Shown: piece after piece, positions 27,185 through 40,798 of the stretch | How positions within the stretch are numbered: position 1 is the stretch's first letter | Layout of the letters: each line of letters opens with the position of its first letter | Assembly (NCBI RefSeq): GCF_004010195.1 | Contig: NC_057718.1 | Span: 896,298-960,297, forward strand | Direction: 5' to 3' | Length of the DNA: 64,000 bases | DNA from: Chiloscyllium plagiosum | Taxonomy: Eukaryota | Program-made: the position numbers and the translations under genes | Notes under the pieces: generated by a model | What the model saw: only the letters and a program-made list of their open reading frames with translations | Databases searched by the model: none | What the model was told of the DNA's origin: nothing

Positions 27185-29128
27185 AGACTAAGAATAAGTT
27201 GAAGTTCTAAATTGGAGAAAGGCCAATTTTGATGGTATTAGACAAGAACTTTGAAAAGCTGATTGGGGTCAGATGTTCGCAGGTAAAGGGACGTCTGGAA
27301 AATGGGAAGCCTTCAGAAATGAGATAAAGAAAGTCCAAAGACAGTACATTCCTGTTAGGGTGAAAGGAAAGGTTGGTAGATATTGGGAATGCTGGATGAT
27401 TAAAGAAATTGAGGATTTGGTTAAGAAAAAGAAGGAAGCATATGTCAGATACAGAAAGGATAGATCGAGTGAATACTTAGAGTATAAAGGCAGTAGGAGT
27501 ATACTAAAGAGGGAAATCAGGAGGGCAAAAAGGGGACATGAGATAGCTTTGGCAAATAGAATTAAGGAGAATCCAAAGGGTTTTTACAAATACATTAAGG
27601 ACTAAAGGATAACTAGGGAGAGAATAGGGCCCCTCAAACATCAGCAAGGAGCTGATTTGTGTGGAGTCGCAGAAAATGGAGGAGATACTAAATGAGTATT
27701 TTGCATCAGTATTTACTGTGGAAAAGGACATGGAAGATATAGAATGTAGGGAAATAGATGGTGACATCTTGGGAAAATGTCCATAGTACAGAGGAGGAAG
27801 CGCTGGATGTCTTGAAAAGCATGAAAGTCAATAAGTCACCAGGACCTGATCAGGTGTACCCTACAACTCTGTGGGAAGCTAGAGAAGTGATTGCTGGGCC
27901 CCAATCTAAGATATCTGTATCATCGATAGTCATAGGTGAGGTGCCAGAAGACTGGAAATTGGTTAATGTGGTGCCACTGTTTAATAAGGGTGGTAAGGAC
28001 AAGCCAGGGAACTATAGACCAGTGAGCCTGTGTTGGGCGGAAGATGTGATCTATATGGACTTCAGTAAGGCGTTCGACAAGGTACCCAATGGGAGACTGA
28101 TTAGCGAGGTTCGATCTCATGAAATACAGGGGGAACTAGCCATTTGGCTACAGAGCTGGCTCAAAGGTAGAAGACAGAGTTGTGGTGGTGAAAGGTTGTT
28201 TTTCAGACTGGAGGCCTGTGACCAGTGGAGTGCCACAAGGATCGGTGCTGGGTCCTCTACTTTTCATCATTTATATAAATAATTTGGATGTGAGCATAAG
28301 AGGTACAGTTAGTAAGTTTGCAGATGACACCAAAATTGGAGATGTAGTTGACAGCGAAGAGGGTTACCTCAGATTACAACAGGATCTGGACCAGATGGGC
28401 CAATGGGCTGAGAAGTGGCAGATGGAGTTNNNNNNNNNNNNNNNNNNNNNNNNNNNNNNNNNNNNNNNNNNNNNNNNNNNNNNNNNNNNNNNNNNNNNNN
28501 NNNNNNNNNNNNNNNNNNNNNNNNNNNNNNNNNNNNNNNNNNNNNNNNNNNNNNNNNNNNNNNNNNNNNNNNNNNNNNNNNNNNNNNNNNNNNNNNNNNN
28601 NNNNNNNNNNNNNNNNNNNNNNNNNNNNNNNNNNNNNNNNNNNNNNNNNNNNNNNNNNNNNNNNNNNNNNNNNNNNNNNNNNNNNNNNNNNNNNNNNNNN
28701 NNNNNNNNNNNNNNNNNNNNNNNNNNNNNNNNNNNNNNNNNNNNNNNNNNNNNNNNNNNNNNNNNNNNNNNNNNNNNNNNNNNNNNNNNNNNNNNNNNNN
28801 NNNNNNNNNNNNNNNNNNNNNNNNNNNNNNNNNNNNNNNNNNNNNNNNNNNNNNNNNNNNNNNNNNNNNNNNNNNNNNNNNNNNNNNNNNNNGCTCTGAT
28901 CTCCAGCATCTGCAGTCCTCACTTTCTCCAGCAGAGGAAGTGGTAGAAGCTGGTACAATTGCAACATTTAAAAGGCATTTGGATGGGTATATGAATAGGA
29001 AGGGTTTGGAGGGATATGGGCCAGGTGCTGGCTGGTGGGACTAGATGGGGTTGGGATATCTGGTCGGCATGGAGGGGTTGGACCGAAGGGTTGTTTCCAT
29101 GCTGTACATCTCCATGACTCTATGACTC
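27185..29128 (+). mobile_element. CR1 LINE ORF2 fragment spanning an assembly gap (28430-28891)
   Basis: YMDFSKAFDKVP, SGVPQGSVLGPLLF and SKFADDTK; (ctatgact) tail near 29120. Confidence 0.85.
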
Positions 29129-29221
29129 TTAAGCTAAATCCCCCTACACATACATACAGACACAAAAAATGGTGGTATGGATACAACTCAGTTCAATGCA
29201 CCTTGTTCACAGATTTGCTTT

Positions 29222-32200
29222 TGACTTGTCCCGGATAATACATTGCCTCTCGGGTGCTAGGGTCAGGGATGTCTCTGGTTGAGTCTACAGGATTCTTAAG
29301 GAGAAGAGAGAGAAGCCAGAAGCCGTGGTACATATTGGTACCAATGACATAAGTAGGGAAAAGGGATAAACGCCTGGAAAGACAATGTATAAAGTTAGGT
29401 TGGAAGCTAGAAGGCAGGACGAACAGAGTACTCATCTCCGGATTGTTACCAGTGCCACGGGGCAGTGAGGCTAGGAATAGAGGGGGAGTGTAGAACAATT
29501 GGCTGCAGGGTTTGTATAGGAGGGAGGGCTACAGACATGTGGATCATTGGGATGCCTTCTGGGGAAGGTGGGAACCTGTACAAGAGGGACGGGTTGCGCC
29601 TGAACCGGAGGGGTACCAATATCCTGGATGGGAGATTTGCTAGAGCTCTTCAGGAGGGTTTAATGAGATTGGCCGGGGAATGGAAACTGAAGCTACAGAT
29701 CTGAGGATGGAGTAGGTAGTGTACAACCAGATTCAGCGTGTGGGGGGTCCGTCAGGAAGGATAGACAGTTGATAGGGCAAAGGTGCAGTCAGTGTGATGG
29801 GTTGAAGTGTGTGTATTTTAACGCTAGCAGTATCAGGAATAAGGGTGATGAACTTAGAGCATGGATCAGTACTTGGAATGATGATGATGTGGCCATTACA
29901 GAGGCTTGGATATCACAGGAGCAGGAATGGTTATTGGATGTTCTGGGTTTTAGATGTTTCAAAAAGAATTGAGGCGGGGGGGTTGGAGTGTAAAAGAGGT
30001 TGGGGAGTGGCATTGCTAATCAGGGATAGTATCACAGCTGCAGAAAGGGAGGTTGTTGAGGAGGGTTTGTTTACAGAGTCAGTATGGATGGAAGGCAGAA
30101 ACAGGAAAGGAGCAGTCACTTTATTGGGAGGTTTCTACAGGCCCCCCAATAGCAACAGAGACACAGAGAAGCAGATTTTGGAAAGGTGCAGAAATAACAG
30201 GGTTGTTGTCATAGGTGACTTTAACTTCGTCAATCTTGATTTGGAGCCTCCTTTGTTCAAATAGTTTGGATGGAGCAGACTTTGTCAGGTGTGTTCAGGA
30301 AGGATTCCTGACTCAATCTGTAGATAGGCCAATTAGAGGGGAGGCCAGATTGGATATGGTGCTTGGCAATGAACCATGCCAGCTGTCAGATCTCTCATTG
30401 GGAGAGCATTTTGGTGATAGTGATCACAACTCCATGACTTTTACTGCAGTCATGGAGAGGGATAGGAGCAGATGGTACGGGAAATTTAATTGAAGGAGGG
30501 GGAATTACAATGTTATTGGGCAGGAACTGGGGCGCCTAAATTGGGAACAGATATTGTCAAGGAAATGAATGACAGAAATGTGGAGGCTGTTTATGGACCA
30601 CATGCTGATAGGGCTGGACATTTGTCCCACTGAGGCAAGGAAGGAACCTCGGGTGTAGAACATCTCGTCAAGAGGAAGAAGGAAGCTTACTTAAGGTTGA
30701 GGAGACAAGGATCAGATAGGACTCTAGCGGGTTACAAAGTAGCCAGGAAGGAACTGAAGATTGGACTTAGAAGAGCTATAAGGGGGCATAAAAAAGCTTT
30801 TGGGGCTGGGATTAAGGAAAGCCCTAAGGCGTTCTACACTTTTGTGAGGAACAAGAGGATGGCCAGAGTGAAGGTAGGGCCGATCAGGGGTAGTGGAGGG
30901 AACTTGTACCTGGAGTAGGAGGAGGTAGGGGAGGTTCTTAACGAATTCTTTGCTTCAGTACTGACTAGTGAGAGGGACCTTGTCGTTTGTGAGGACAGCG
31001 TGAAACAGGCTGTTATGCTCAAACAGGTTGATGTTAAGAAGGAGGATATGCTGAAAATTTTGAAAAACATAAGGGTAGATAAGCACCCTGGGCCAGACAG
31101 GATATATCCAAGGTTACTACAGGAAGCAAGGGAAGAGGTTGCTGCGCCTTTGGTGATGATCTTTGCATCCTCACTGTCCACTGGAGTACTGCCAGATGAT
31201 TGGAGGGTGGCAAAGATTATTCCCTTGTTCCAGAAAGGGAATAGGGATAATCCTGGGAATTAATCCCAGTCAGATTTATTTCTGTGGTGGGCAAATTATT
31301 GGAGAGGATTCTAATAGGCAGGATTTATGCTTATTTGGAAAAGCATAGTTTGATTAGAGATAGTCAACGTGGTTTTGTGAGGGGCAGGTCATGTTTTGCA
31401 AGCCTTATTGAATTCTTTGAGGATGTGACAAAACACATTGATGAAGGTAGAGTGATGGATGTGGTGAATGTGAATTTTATCAAGGTGTTTGACGAGGTTC
31501 CCCATGGTCGGCTCAGTCTGAAAGTAAGGAGGCATGGGATACAGGAAAATTTGACTGTCTGGATACAGAATTGGATGGCCCATAGAAGACAGAGTGTGGT
31601 AGTAGATGGAAAGTATTCAGTCTGGAGCTCGGTGATGAGTGGTGTTCTGCAGGGATCTATTCTGAGACCTCTGCTCATTGTGAATTTTATAAATGACTTG
31701 GATGAAGAAACGGAAGGATAGGTTAGTAGGTTTGCCGTTGACAGGAAGGTTGGTGGAGTGGTGGGTAGTGTGGAGGGCTGTTGTAGGTTGCAACAGGACT
31801 TGACAGGGTGCAGGATTGGGCTGAGAAGTGGCAGATGGAATTCAACCTGGAAAAGTGTAAAGGTCGAGTTTTGGAAGGTCACATTTAAATGCAGAATACA
31901 GAGTTAAAGGCAGAATTTGTGGTGGTGCGGAGGAACAGAGAGATCTTGGGGTCCATGTCCATAGATCCCTCAAAGTTGCCACCCAAGTTGATAAGGTTGT
32001 TAGAAAGGTGTGTGTTTTATTGGCTTTCATTAGCAAGGGGATTGAGTTTAAGAGCCCCTACTAGGCTATGCTGTAGCTCTATAATGCCCTGGTCAGTCTA
32101 CACTTGGAATATTGTGTTCACTTCTGGTTGCCTCATTGTAGGCACGATGTGGAAGCTGTAGAGAGGGTGCAGAGGAGATTTACCAGGATGCTGCCTGGAC

Positions 32201-32630
32201 TGCAGGGTGTGTCTTAAGAAAGGTTGAGGGAGCTAGGGCTTTCTCATTGGAGCGAAGAAGGATGAGAGGTGACTTGATAGAGATCTTTAAGATCATGAGA
32301 GGCACAGATAGAGCGAATAATCAGAAACTTGTTTCCAGGGCAGCAATGGCTATCACAAGAGGGCATAAATATAAGGAGATTGGAGGAAGATTTAGGAGAG
32401 TTATCAAAGGTAGATTCTTTACACAGAGTGGTGGGTGTGTGGAATGCACTGCCAGCCGTGGTAGTCGAGTCAGATACATTTGGGACATTAAGTGACTCTT
32501 GGATAGGCACATGGATGATAGTAAAATGTAGGGTATGTAGGTTAGTTTGATCTTAGAGCAGGATAAAAGGTTGGCACAACATCAAGGGCCGAAGGGCCTG
32601 CACTGTGCTTTACTGTTCTATATTCTAGGT
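29222..32630 (+). mobile_element. Near-complete decayed CR1 LINE with ORF1 esterase remnant
   Basis: ORF1 SGNH-like remnants (VVHIGTNDI, YKRDGLRLNRRGTNIL), then APE (FYRPPN, GDFNF, SDHNS), RT and 3' tail. Confidence 0.88.
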
Positions 32631-32734
32631 TCTCATGCTCCTCAATCTTCCTTCTCCAGGTTGGAAGGTAAAGGGTGATTTTGACACGTACAGTCTGAGT
32701 TATTGGGTTCAAAGCCACAACTTACAGCAACTGA

Positions 32735-35700
32735 TGTAGGGAGGTACCCCCGCTGAAGGGAGGTAAACACGCTGTAGGGAGGTACCCCCGCTGAAGGGAG
32801 GTACCCCCGCTGAAGGGAGGTAAACACGCTGTAGGGAGGTACCCCCGCTGAAGGGAGGTAAACCCGCTGTAGGGAGGTACCCCCGCTGAAGGGAGGTACT
32901 CCTGCTGAAGGGAGGTAAACACGCTGTAGGGAGGTACCCCCGCTGAAGGGAGGTAAACCCGCTGTAGGGAGGTAAACACGCTGTAGGGAGGTATTCCCGC
33001 TGAAGGGAGGTAAACACGCTGTAGGGAGGTACCCCCGCTGAAGGGAGGTAAACACGCTGTAGGGAGGTACCCCCGCTGAAGGGAGGTAAACACGCTGTAG
33101 GGAGGTATTCCCGCTGAAGGGAGGTAAACCCGCTGTAGGGAGGTAAACCCGCTGTAGGGAGGTACTCCCGCTGTAGGGAGGTAAACCCGCGCTAGGGACG
33201 TACTGCTGCTGTAGGGAGGTAAACCCGCGCTAGGGACGTACTGCTGCTGAAGGGAGGTACTCCCGCTGAAGGGAGGTAAACCCGCGCTAGGGAGGTACTG
33301 CTGCTGAAGGGAGGTACTCCCGCTGAAGGGAGGTAAACCCGCGCTAGGGACGTACTGCTGCTGAAGGGAGGTACTCCCGCTGAAGGGAGGTAAACCCGCG
33401 CTAGGGAGGTACTCCCGCTGTAGGGAGGTACTCCCGCTGAAGGGAGGTAAACCCGCGCTAGGGAGGTACTGCTGCTGTAGGGAGGTACTCCCGCTGAAGG
33501 GAGGTAAACCCGCGCTAGGGAGGTACTCCCGCTGTAGGGAGGTACTCCCGCTGAAGGGAGGTAAACCCGCGCTACGAGGTACTCCCGCTGTAGGGAGGTA
33601 CTCCCGCTGAAGGGAGGTAAACCCGCGCTAGGGACGTACTGCTGCTGTAGGGAGGTACTCCCGCTGAAGGGAGGTAAACCCGCGCTAGGGAGGTACTCCC
33701 GCTGTAGGGAGGTACTCCCGCTGAAGGGAGGTAAACCCGCGCTAGGGACGTACTGCTGCTGTAGGGAGGTACTCCCGCTGAAGGGAGGTAAACCCGCGCT
33801 AGGGAGGTACTCCCGCTGTAGGGAGGTACTCCTGCTGTAGGGAGGTACACCCGCTGAAGGGAGGTACTCCTGGTGAAGGGAGGTAAACCCGCGCTAGGGA
33901 GGTACTCCTGCTGTAGGGAGGTAAACCCGCGCTAGGGAGATACTCCTGCTGAAGGGAGGTACTCCCGCTGAAGGGAGATACTCCTGCTGAAGGGAGGTAA
34001 ACCCGCGCGAGGGAGGTACTCCCGCTGTAGGGAGGTAAACCCACGCTAGGGAGATACTCCCGCTGAAGGGAGGTACTCCCGCTGAAGAGAGGTACTCCCG
34101 CTGAAGAGAGGTACTCCCGCTGAAGGGAGGTACTCCCGCTGAAGGGAGGTAAACCCGCACTAGGGAGGTACTCCCGCTGTAGGGAGGTAAACCCGCACTA
34201 GGGAGGTACTCCCTCTGAGGGGAGGTAAACCCGCGCTAGGGAGATACTCCCTCTGAGGGGAGGTACTCCCGCTGTATGGAGGTACTCCCACTGTAGGGAG
34301 GAAAACCCGCGCTAGGGAGGTACTCCCGCTGAAGGGAGGTAAACCTGCGCTAGGGAGATACTCCCGCTGTATGGAGGTACTCCTGCTGAAGGGAGGTAAA
34401 CCCGCGCGAGGGAGGTACTCCCGCTGAAGTGAGGTAAACCCGCGCTAGGGAGGTACTCCCGCTGAAGGGAGGTAAACCCACGCTAGGGAGGTACTCCCGC
34501 TGTAGGGAGGTAAACCCGCGCTAGGGAGGTACTCCCGCTGTAGGGAGGTAAACCCACGCTTGGGAGGTACTCCCGCTGTAGGGAGGTAAACCCGCGCTAG
34601 GGAGGTAAACCCGCGCTAGGGAGGTACTCCCGCTGTAGGGAGGTACTACCGCTGTAGGGAGGTAATCCTGCTGAAGGGAGGTACTCCCGCTGTAGGGACG
34701 TACTCCCGCTGTAGGAACGTACTCCCGCTGTAGGGACGTACTCCCACTGTAGGGACGTACTCCCGCTGTAGAGAGGTAATCCTGCTGAAGGGAGGTAATC
34801 CTGCTGAAGGGAGGTACTCCCGCTGTAGGGACGTTCTCCCGCTGTAGGGACGTACTCCCGCTGTAGGGACGTACTCCCGCTGTAGGGAGGTACTCCCGCT
34901 GTAGGGAGGTAAACCCGCGCTAGGGAGGTACTCCCGCTGTAGGGAGGTAAACCTGCGCTAGGGAGGTACTCCTGGTCTGTTCAGGTTTCAGCTATCTTTC
35001 CTTGCAGAGAAAAGACCTATCCATATTAAACTTTAATGACTGTATGGAGGTACTCCCGCTGAAGGGAGGTAAACCCGCGCTAGGGAGGTACTCCTGGTCT
35101 GTTCAGGTTTCAGCTATCTTTCCTTGCAGAGAAAAGACCTATCCATATTAAACTTTAATGACTGTATGGAGGTACTCCTGCTGAAGGGAGGTAAACCAGC
35201 TGTAGGGAGGTACTCCCGCTGAAGGGAGGTAAACCCGCGCTAGGGAGGTAAACCCCGCGCTAGGGAGGTAAACCCGCGCTAGGGAGGTACTCCTGCTGAA
35301 GGGAGGTACTCCCGCTGAAGGGAGGTAAACCCGCTGTAGGGAGGTACTCCCGCTGAAGGGAGGTACTCCTGCTGTAGGGAGGTAAACCCGCGCTAGGGAG
35401 GTACTCCTGCTGAAGGGAGGTACTCCCGCTGAAGGGAGGTAAACCCGCGCTAGGGAGGTAAACCCGCGCTAGGGAGGTACTCCCGCTGAAGGGAGGTACT
35501 CCCGCTGAAGGGCGGTAAACCCGCGCTAGGGAGGTACTCCCGCTGTAGGGAGGTAAACCCGCGCTAGGGACGTAAACCCGCGCTAGTGAGGTACTCCCGC
35601 TGAAGGGAGGTAAACCCGCGCTAGGGAGGTACTCCCGCTGTAGGGACGTACACCCGCTGAAGGGAGGTACTCCCGCTGTAGGGAGGTAAACCTGCGCTAG

Positions 35701-37098
35701 GGAGGTACTCCCACTGAAGGGAGGTACTCCCGCTGTAGGGAGGTAAACCTGCGCTAGGGAGGTACTCCCGCTGAAGGGAGGTACTCCCGCTATAGGGAGG
35801 TAAACCCGCGCTAGGGAGGTACTCCTGGTGAAGGGAGGTACTCCCGCTGTAGGGACGTACTCCCGCTGTAGGGAGGTACTCCTGCTGTAGGGAGGTACTC
35901 CCGCTGTAGGGAGGTAAACCCGCGCTAGGGAGGTACTCCTGCTGTAGGGAGGTAAACCCGCGCTAGAGAGATACTCCGGCTGAAGGGAGGTTCCCCCACT
36001 GTAGGTAGGTAAACCCGCGCTAGGGAGGTACTCTCGCTGTAGGGAGGTAAACCTGCGCTAGGGAGATACTCCTGCTGAAGGGAGGTACTCCCGCTGTAGG
36101 GAGGTACTCCTGCTGAAGGGAGGTAAACCCGCGCGAGGGAGGTACTCCCGCTGTAGGGAGGTAAACTCACGCTAGGGAGATACTCCCGCTAAAGGGAGGT
36201 ACTCCCACTGTATGGAGGTACTCCCGCTGAAGGGAGGTACTCCCGCTAAAGGGAGGTACTCCTGCTGAAGGGAGGTACTCCCGCTGAAGGGAGGTAAACC
36301 CGCGCTAGGGAGGTACTCCCGCTGTAGGGAGGAAAACCCGCTGAAAGGAGGTAAACCCGCGCTAGGGACGTACTGCTGCTGTAGGGAGGAAAACCCGCGC
36401 TAGGGAGGTACTCCCGCTGTAGGGAGGAAAACCCGCGCTAGGGAGGTACTCCCGCTGAAAGGAGGTAAACCTGCGCTTGGGAGGTACTCCCGCTGAAGGG
36501 AGGTAAACCCGCGCTAGGGAGGTACTCCCGCTGAAGGGAGGTAAACCCGCGCTAGGGAGGTACTCCCGCTGTTGGAGGTACTCCCGCTGAAGGGAGGTAA
36601 ACCCGCTGAAAGGAGGTAAACCTGCGCTTGGGAGGTACTCCCGCTGAAGGGAGGTAAACCCGCGCTAGGGACGTACTGCTGCTGTAGGGAGGTACTCCCG
36701 CTGTAGGGAGGTACTCCTGCTGAAGGGAGGTACTCCCGCTGTAGGGAGGTACTACCGCTGTAGGGACGTACTCCCACTGTAGGGACGTACTCCCGCTGTA
36801 GGGAGGTACTACCGCTGAAGGGAGGTAATCCTGCTGAAGGGAGGTACTCCCGCTGTAGGGACGTACTCCTGCTGTAGGGACGTACTCCCACTGTAGGGAC
36901 GTACTCCCGCTGTAGGGAGGTACTACCGCTGAAGGGAGGTAATCCTGCTGAAGGGAGGTACTCCCGCTGTAGGGACGTACTCCCGCTGTAGGGACGTACT
37001 CCCACTGTAGGGAGGTAATCCTGCTGAAGGGAGGTAATCCTGCTGAAGGGAGGTACTCCCGCTGTAGGGAGGTACTCCCGCTGAAGGGAGGTAATCCT
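32735..37098. repeat. 19-bp minisatellite, about 4.4 kb (gctg[a/t]agggaggtactccc and gcgctagggaggtaaaccc variants)
   Basis: More than 200 tandem units with interspersed variants and two internal 68-bp interruptions. Confidence 0.97.
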
Positions 37099-37169
37099 GG
37101 TCTGTTCAGGTTTCAGCTATCTTTCCTTGCAGAGAAAAGACCTATCCATATTAAACTTTAATGACTTGG

Positions 37170-38720
37170 TGAAGAAACTGAGAGCATGTTGATAAGTTTA
37201 CAGATGACATAAAGACAGGTGGAGGGGCCTGTAGTGTTGAGGAAGGCTGCAGAATGACTTGGATGTCTTAGGAGAGTAAGCAAAGAAATGGTTAATGGAA
37301 TACTATGTGTCAACGTGTGAGGTTATACACTTGGGTAGGAAGAATAGAGGCATAGACTCTTTTCTAAACCGGGAACGGCTTCAGAAATATGTAGTGCACA
37401 TGGACTTGGGAGTCCTACTTCAGGATTCTCATGGTTAACATACAGGATCGCTTGGCAGTGAAAAAGGCAAATGCAATGTTAGCATTCATTTCAATAGGGC
37501 ATGAATAAATGAGCAGAGATGTCATGCTGAGGCTGTATAATGCTCTGATCAGACCACATTTAGAATACTATGAGCAGTTTTGGGCCCCGTATCTAAGGAA
37601 AGATAGTATGACAATTTATTGTCACTCGCATTTATGAACATACAGTGAGATGTGTATAGGTTGCAACAATTCGGTGGCATTTAATTACAGAAATTATAAA
37701 AAGAAATAATTGAGCCAATGTTAGGACAAAGTTCATCTTTTGTTCCCTCGGTGGCTCCTGGGTTAATGGAGTGTCTACAGGACACTATTGGCAAAGCTGT
37801 CCCTGAAGTTGCCAAAGCGAGGATTTCCAGACCAGGCCAACACGCTGCCATCGCCAAAGTTAACACCGATGTCATTGCATCGCTGCCATAACAAGGAGGG
37901 ACAGACCAGACCCACTGAGTCACCAACACTGAAGCCACTGCCAAGGGGGATGTAGCAGACCCACCGACGCTGAACCTTCTGCAGCCACTATGGCCATGAG
38001 GAATGGACGTCTGGATCCAGCAGGCTGCTGCTGCAGCAACAGCCCTGAGCAACCACCTTTCTTCACCACAACTGCAGAAAAGAAGAAAAGGTGAACTTTG
38101 ATGCAAAAGAGAAATAAAGAAGCAAAACAAAAAAAGCAAAGTTGAATGTGGCCGGCTGGAGGAGCCGGAGCGTTAATGTAAAAAGTCCCAACACTTTCTA
38201 CCGTGCTGCCACCATCTTGAAAAATGTGCTGGTGTGGGAGAGGGTCTAGAGATGTTTAGAAGAATGATTGTGGGGCTGAAAGACTTGTCATTATGAGGAG
38301 TGGTTGAGGTCACTGGGTCTGTACTCGGAATTTAGAATGATGACGGGCGATCTGATTGATTGATTGAAACTGACAATACTGAGAGGCCTGGATAGAGTGG
38401 ATGTGGAGAAAATGTTTCCATTATTAGGAGAGGCTAGGACCTGAGAGCACAGCCTCAGAGTGAAGAGCTGACCCTTTGGAACTGAGATGAGGAATTTCTT
38501 CAGCTAGAGAGTTGTGAATATGTAGAACTCTTTATCACAGAAGACTATGAAGACTAAGTCATTGAGATTTAAGATGGAGTTTGATAGGTTCTTGATGAAT
38601 AAGGGGATCAAGGATTATGAGAGAAGGCAAGAGAATGGGATTGAGAAATATATCAGCCGTAATTGAATGCCAGAGCAGACTTGATGAGCAGAGTGGCCTA
38701 ATTCTGCTCCAAATTGTGAG
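37170..38720 (+). mobile_element. Old CR1 LINE 3' fragment, interrupted at about 37603-38225
   Basis: aagtttacagatgacataaag (KF-DD-K) and typical CR1 3' blocks on both sides of the interruption. Confidence 0.7.
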
Positions 38721-39237
38721 GTTTTAAAGGACAGTGATAATGCTGCTTTCTGTCCACAGTTCATGCTATACTTGGTGTATTTCTCCAGCATTTTCCATTT
38801 TTCTGTTGCAGATTTCCAGCATCCACAGTCCTTTGTTTTATAATTGAGTCAGTAATCTGCTTTGAAAAAGTACAACAATGCCTTCCTCCACACCTGCAAG
38901 TTCCCCTCCAAGCCATTCACCATCTAAATTAGAAATATATCGTCATTTCTTCACTGTCATTGGGTCAAAATCCTGGAACTCCCTCCCTAATGACATGGTG
39001 AGGCTGTCTACAACACATGCAGCGATTCAAGAAGGCAGCTCACTACCATCCTCTCAAGGGCATCTATGGATGGGCAATAAATGCTGGCCAGCCAATGACA
39101 CCCATTTCACATGAGTGAATTTAAAAAAGAAATTATTTGGTTTTTAAAACAGTCCTTTTCCCATTTCAGTCCACACGGTCTTTATACTGGCTGTATCATG
39201 TTTCTGGTTCTGATACCTTGTTTTAATTCCTCCACAG

Positions 39238-39385
39238 TCCTGAGAAATGGAACAGCAGTGAGTGGGTTTTACCAATTCTCTCTGAGTGATGGTACAGTCC
39301 TGGGAGCTCAGACCAAGTGTAAGCTGTGTTACCCTGCCAACGTGGACACATCACCCATCATCATAAGCATGTACAGCATATACAG
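39238..39385 (+). CDS. NCOA1: NCOA1-like internal exon (PAS-B second half)
   Basis: ccacag| acceptor and AG|gtgggc donor; 148 nt, phase 1-2. Encodes VLRNGTAVSGFYQFSLSDGTVLGAQTKCKLCYP...SIYR. Confidence 0.92.
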
Positions 39386-40300
39386 GTGGGCAGTGTGTGC
39401 TTGCCACCTTTCCTGCGCAGGTTTGTGTTTCAGGCAAAGGACAAGTTGAGGAGATACCTCAGAGCTAAGCAGAATGGGCAGTGGTGGGGGCGGGAGGTGG
39501 GGGGATGCATCTGTACCTTCTAGGTCTGAGGTTCTTTAGGGACTTAATTGGATTAATGTGTGGAAGAATGGCCATCTTGTGGTCAACAGGAAAAATGTTG
39601 AAGAGCAAACAAGATGTACTTAATTGATCTTTGCAACTATTTACAGGTTGTAAGATTCTCTTTACATTATCGTAATGACTTGGGAAGACCCATCCGAAGG
39701 TCTCTTCTCCCATAAAATCCTGTTTTAGTCTCTCACTAAGTCCTTGTGACATCGTCACAGTGGGCAGTGCTTACCGCACACAATCCCTTTAACCCTTTCA
39801 GACCCACATGCAAACAGTGAACATGAGAGTGAGGGAAGGATAGGTGACAGGGGATTGTGGGAATAGACTTGTATTTATTTTAAAAATTGTTGATGGGATA
39901 GAAAGCAGATGACAAATAAATGGGAATGGACAGAACGCAGATAAGTAGGGTTCCTTGTAGGAAAATGTGAAGTCATTCACTTTAGTCAGACAGGATAAAA
40001 CAAGATACATTCTAAACAGTGAGAGATTGGAAACAGTGGAAGTCGAAAGAGTTGGCCGGATGCACTGATCATTACAATGTAATGAACAAATACCGACAAA
40101 TAATCAAAAAGGCTTATAGAATGCTGGTCATTTTGTTTCAAGGACTGAAATACAAGGGGGGTATGTTTCATCCATACAAAGTCCTGGTTAGACCACACCT
40201 GGAGGTAGTCAGCACACCTCGGGAAGGAGATCTGAGAATAGAGGGTGGTCATGTACATTTACCAGTGTGAAAATTAATAACTAGGATTTTCCAATGCTCT

Positions 40301-40456
40301 AGGCAGAAGTGAGTACTGCAGATGCTGGAGATCAGAGTCAAGATTGGAGTGGTGCTGGAAAAGTCTTCATCATTCCTGAGGAAGGGCTTTTGCCCAAAAT
40401 GTCGATTTTGTTTCTCTGCTCCTGACCTGCTGTGCTTTTCCAGCACCACTCTAATC
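40301..40456. mobile_element. Partly deleted palindromic PLE-derived element
   Basis: TSD ttttccaatg[c/t]tct at 40287-40300 and 40457-40470; inverted arms gtggtgctggaaaag / cttttccagcaccac; degenerate ctgaggaagggcttttgccc core. Confidence 0.8.
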
Positions 40457-40798
40457 TTTTCCAATGTTCTGTCTGTTTTTCTCTTCTTGTAACCCTGTCT
40501 TCGACAAACTTTTGTTCATGCTTTATCTCTTGCTTTGGCTCACTGCCTCTCTGATGTACCCTATGCCCTCTCTTGCATGCTCCAGTCTCTGCCTAACTTT
40601 GTTCTCACTGCAGCGCTCTCTCTCTTTCTCTCTCTGCTGCGCTCTTGCCTTCTACCCAACTTGCACTTGCTGCACTGTCATTCTCTGCGTTATCTCTCTC
40701 TCTCTCTTTCACCCCTTGCCAACACTCCTTTCTTATCGTTTGGTTTGAGATGGGATGCATTTGCAGTGCAATTGTTGACAATATGCTTCTCTCTCTAG

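Noticed and set aside
28182..29044. ORFs of 181-254 aa
   Set aside because: They run through the N gap; the real part is CR1 RT.
32642..37005. Repetitive ORFs (SLQRVYLPSAGVPP...)
   Set aside because: Translations of the 19-bp minisatellite, open in several frames, with no splice or start context.
34974..37166. Repeat/spacer alternation resembling a CRISPR array
   Set aside because: Eukaryotic intron; the 'spacers' are identical copies of flanking DNA; no cas genes.
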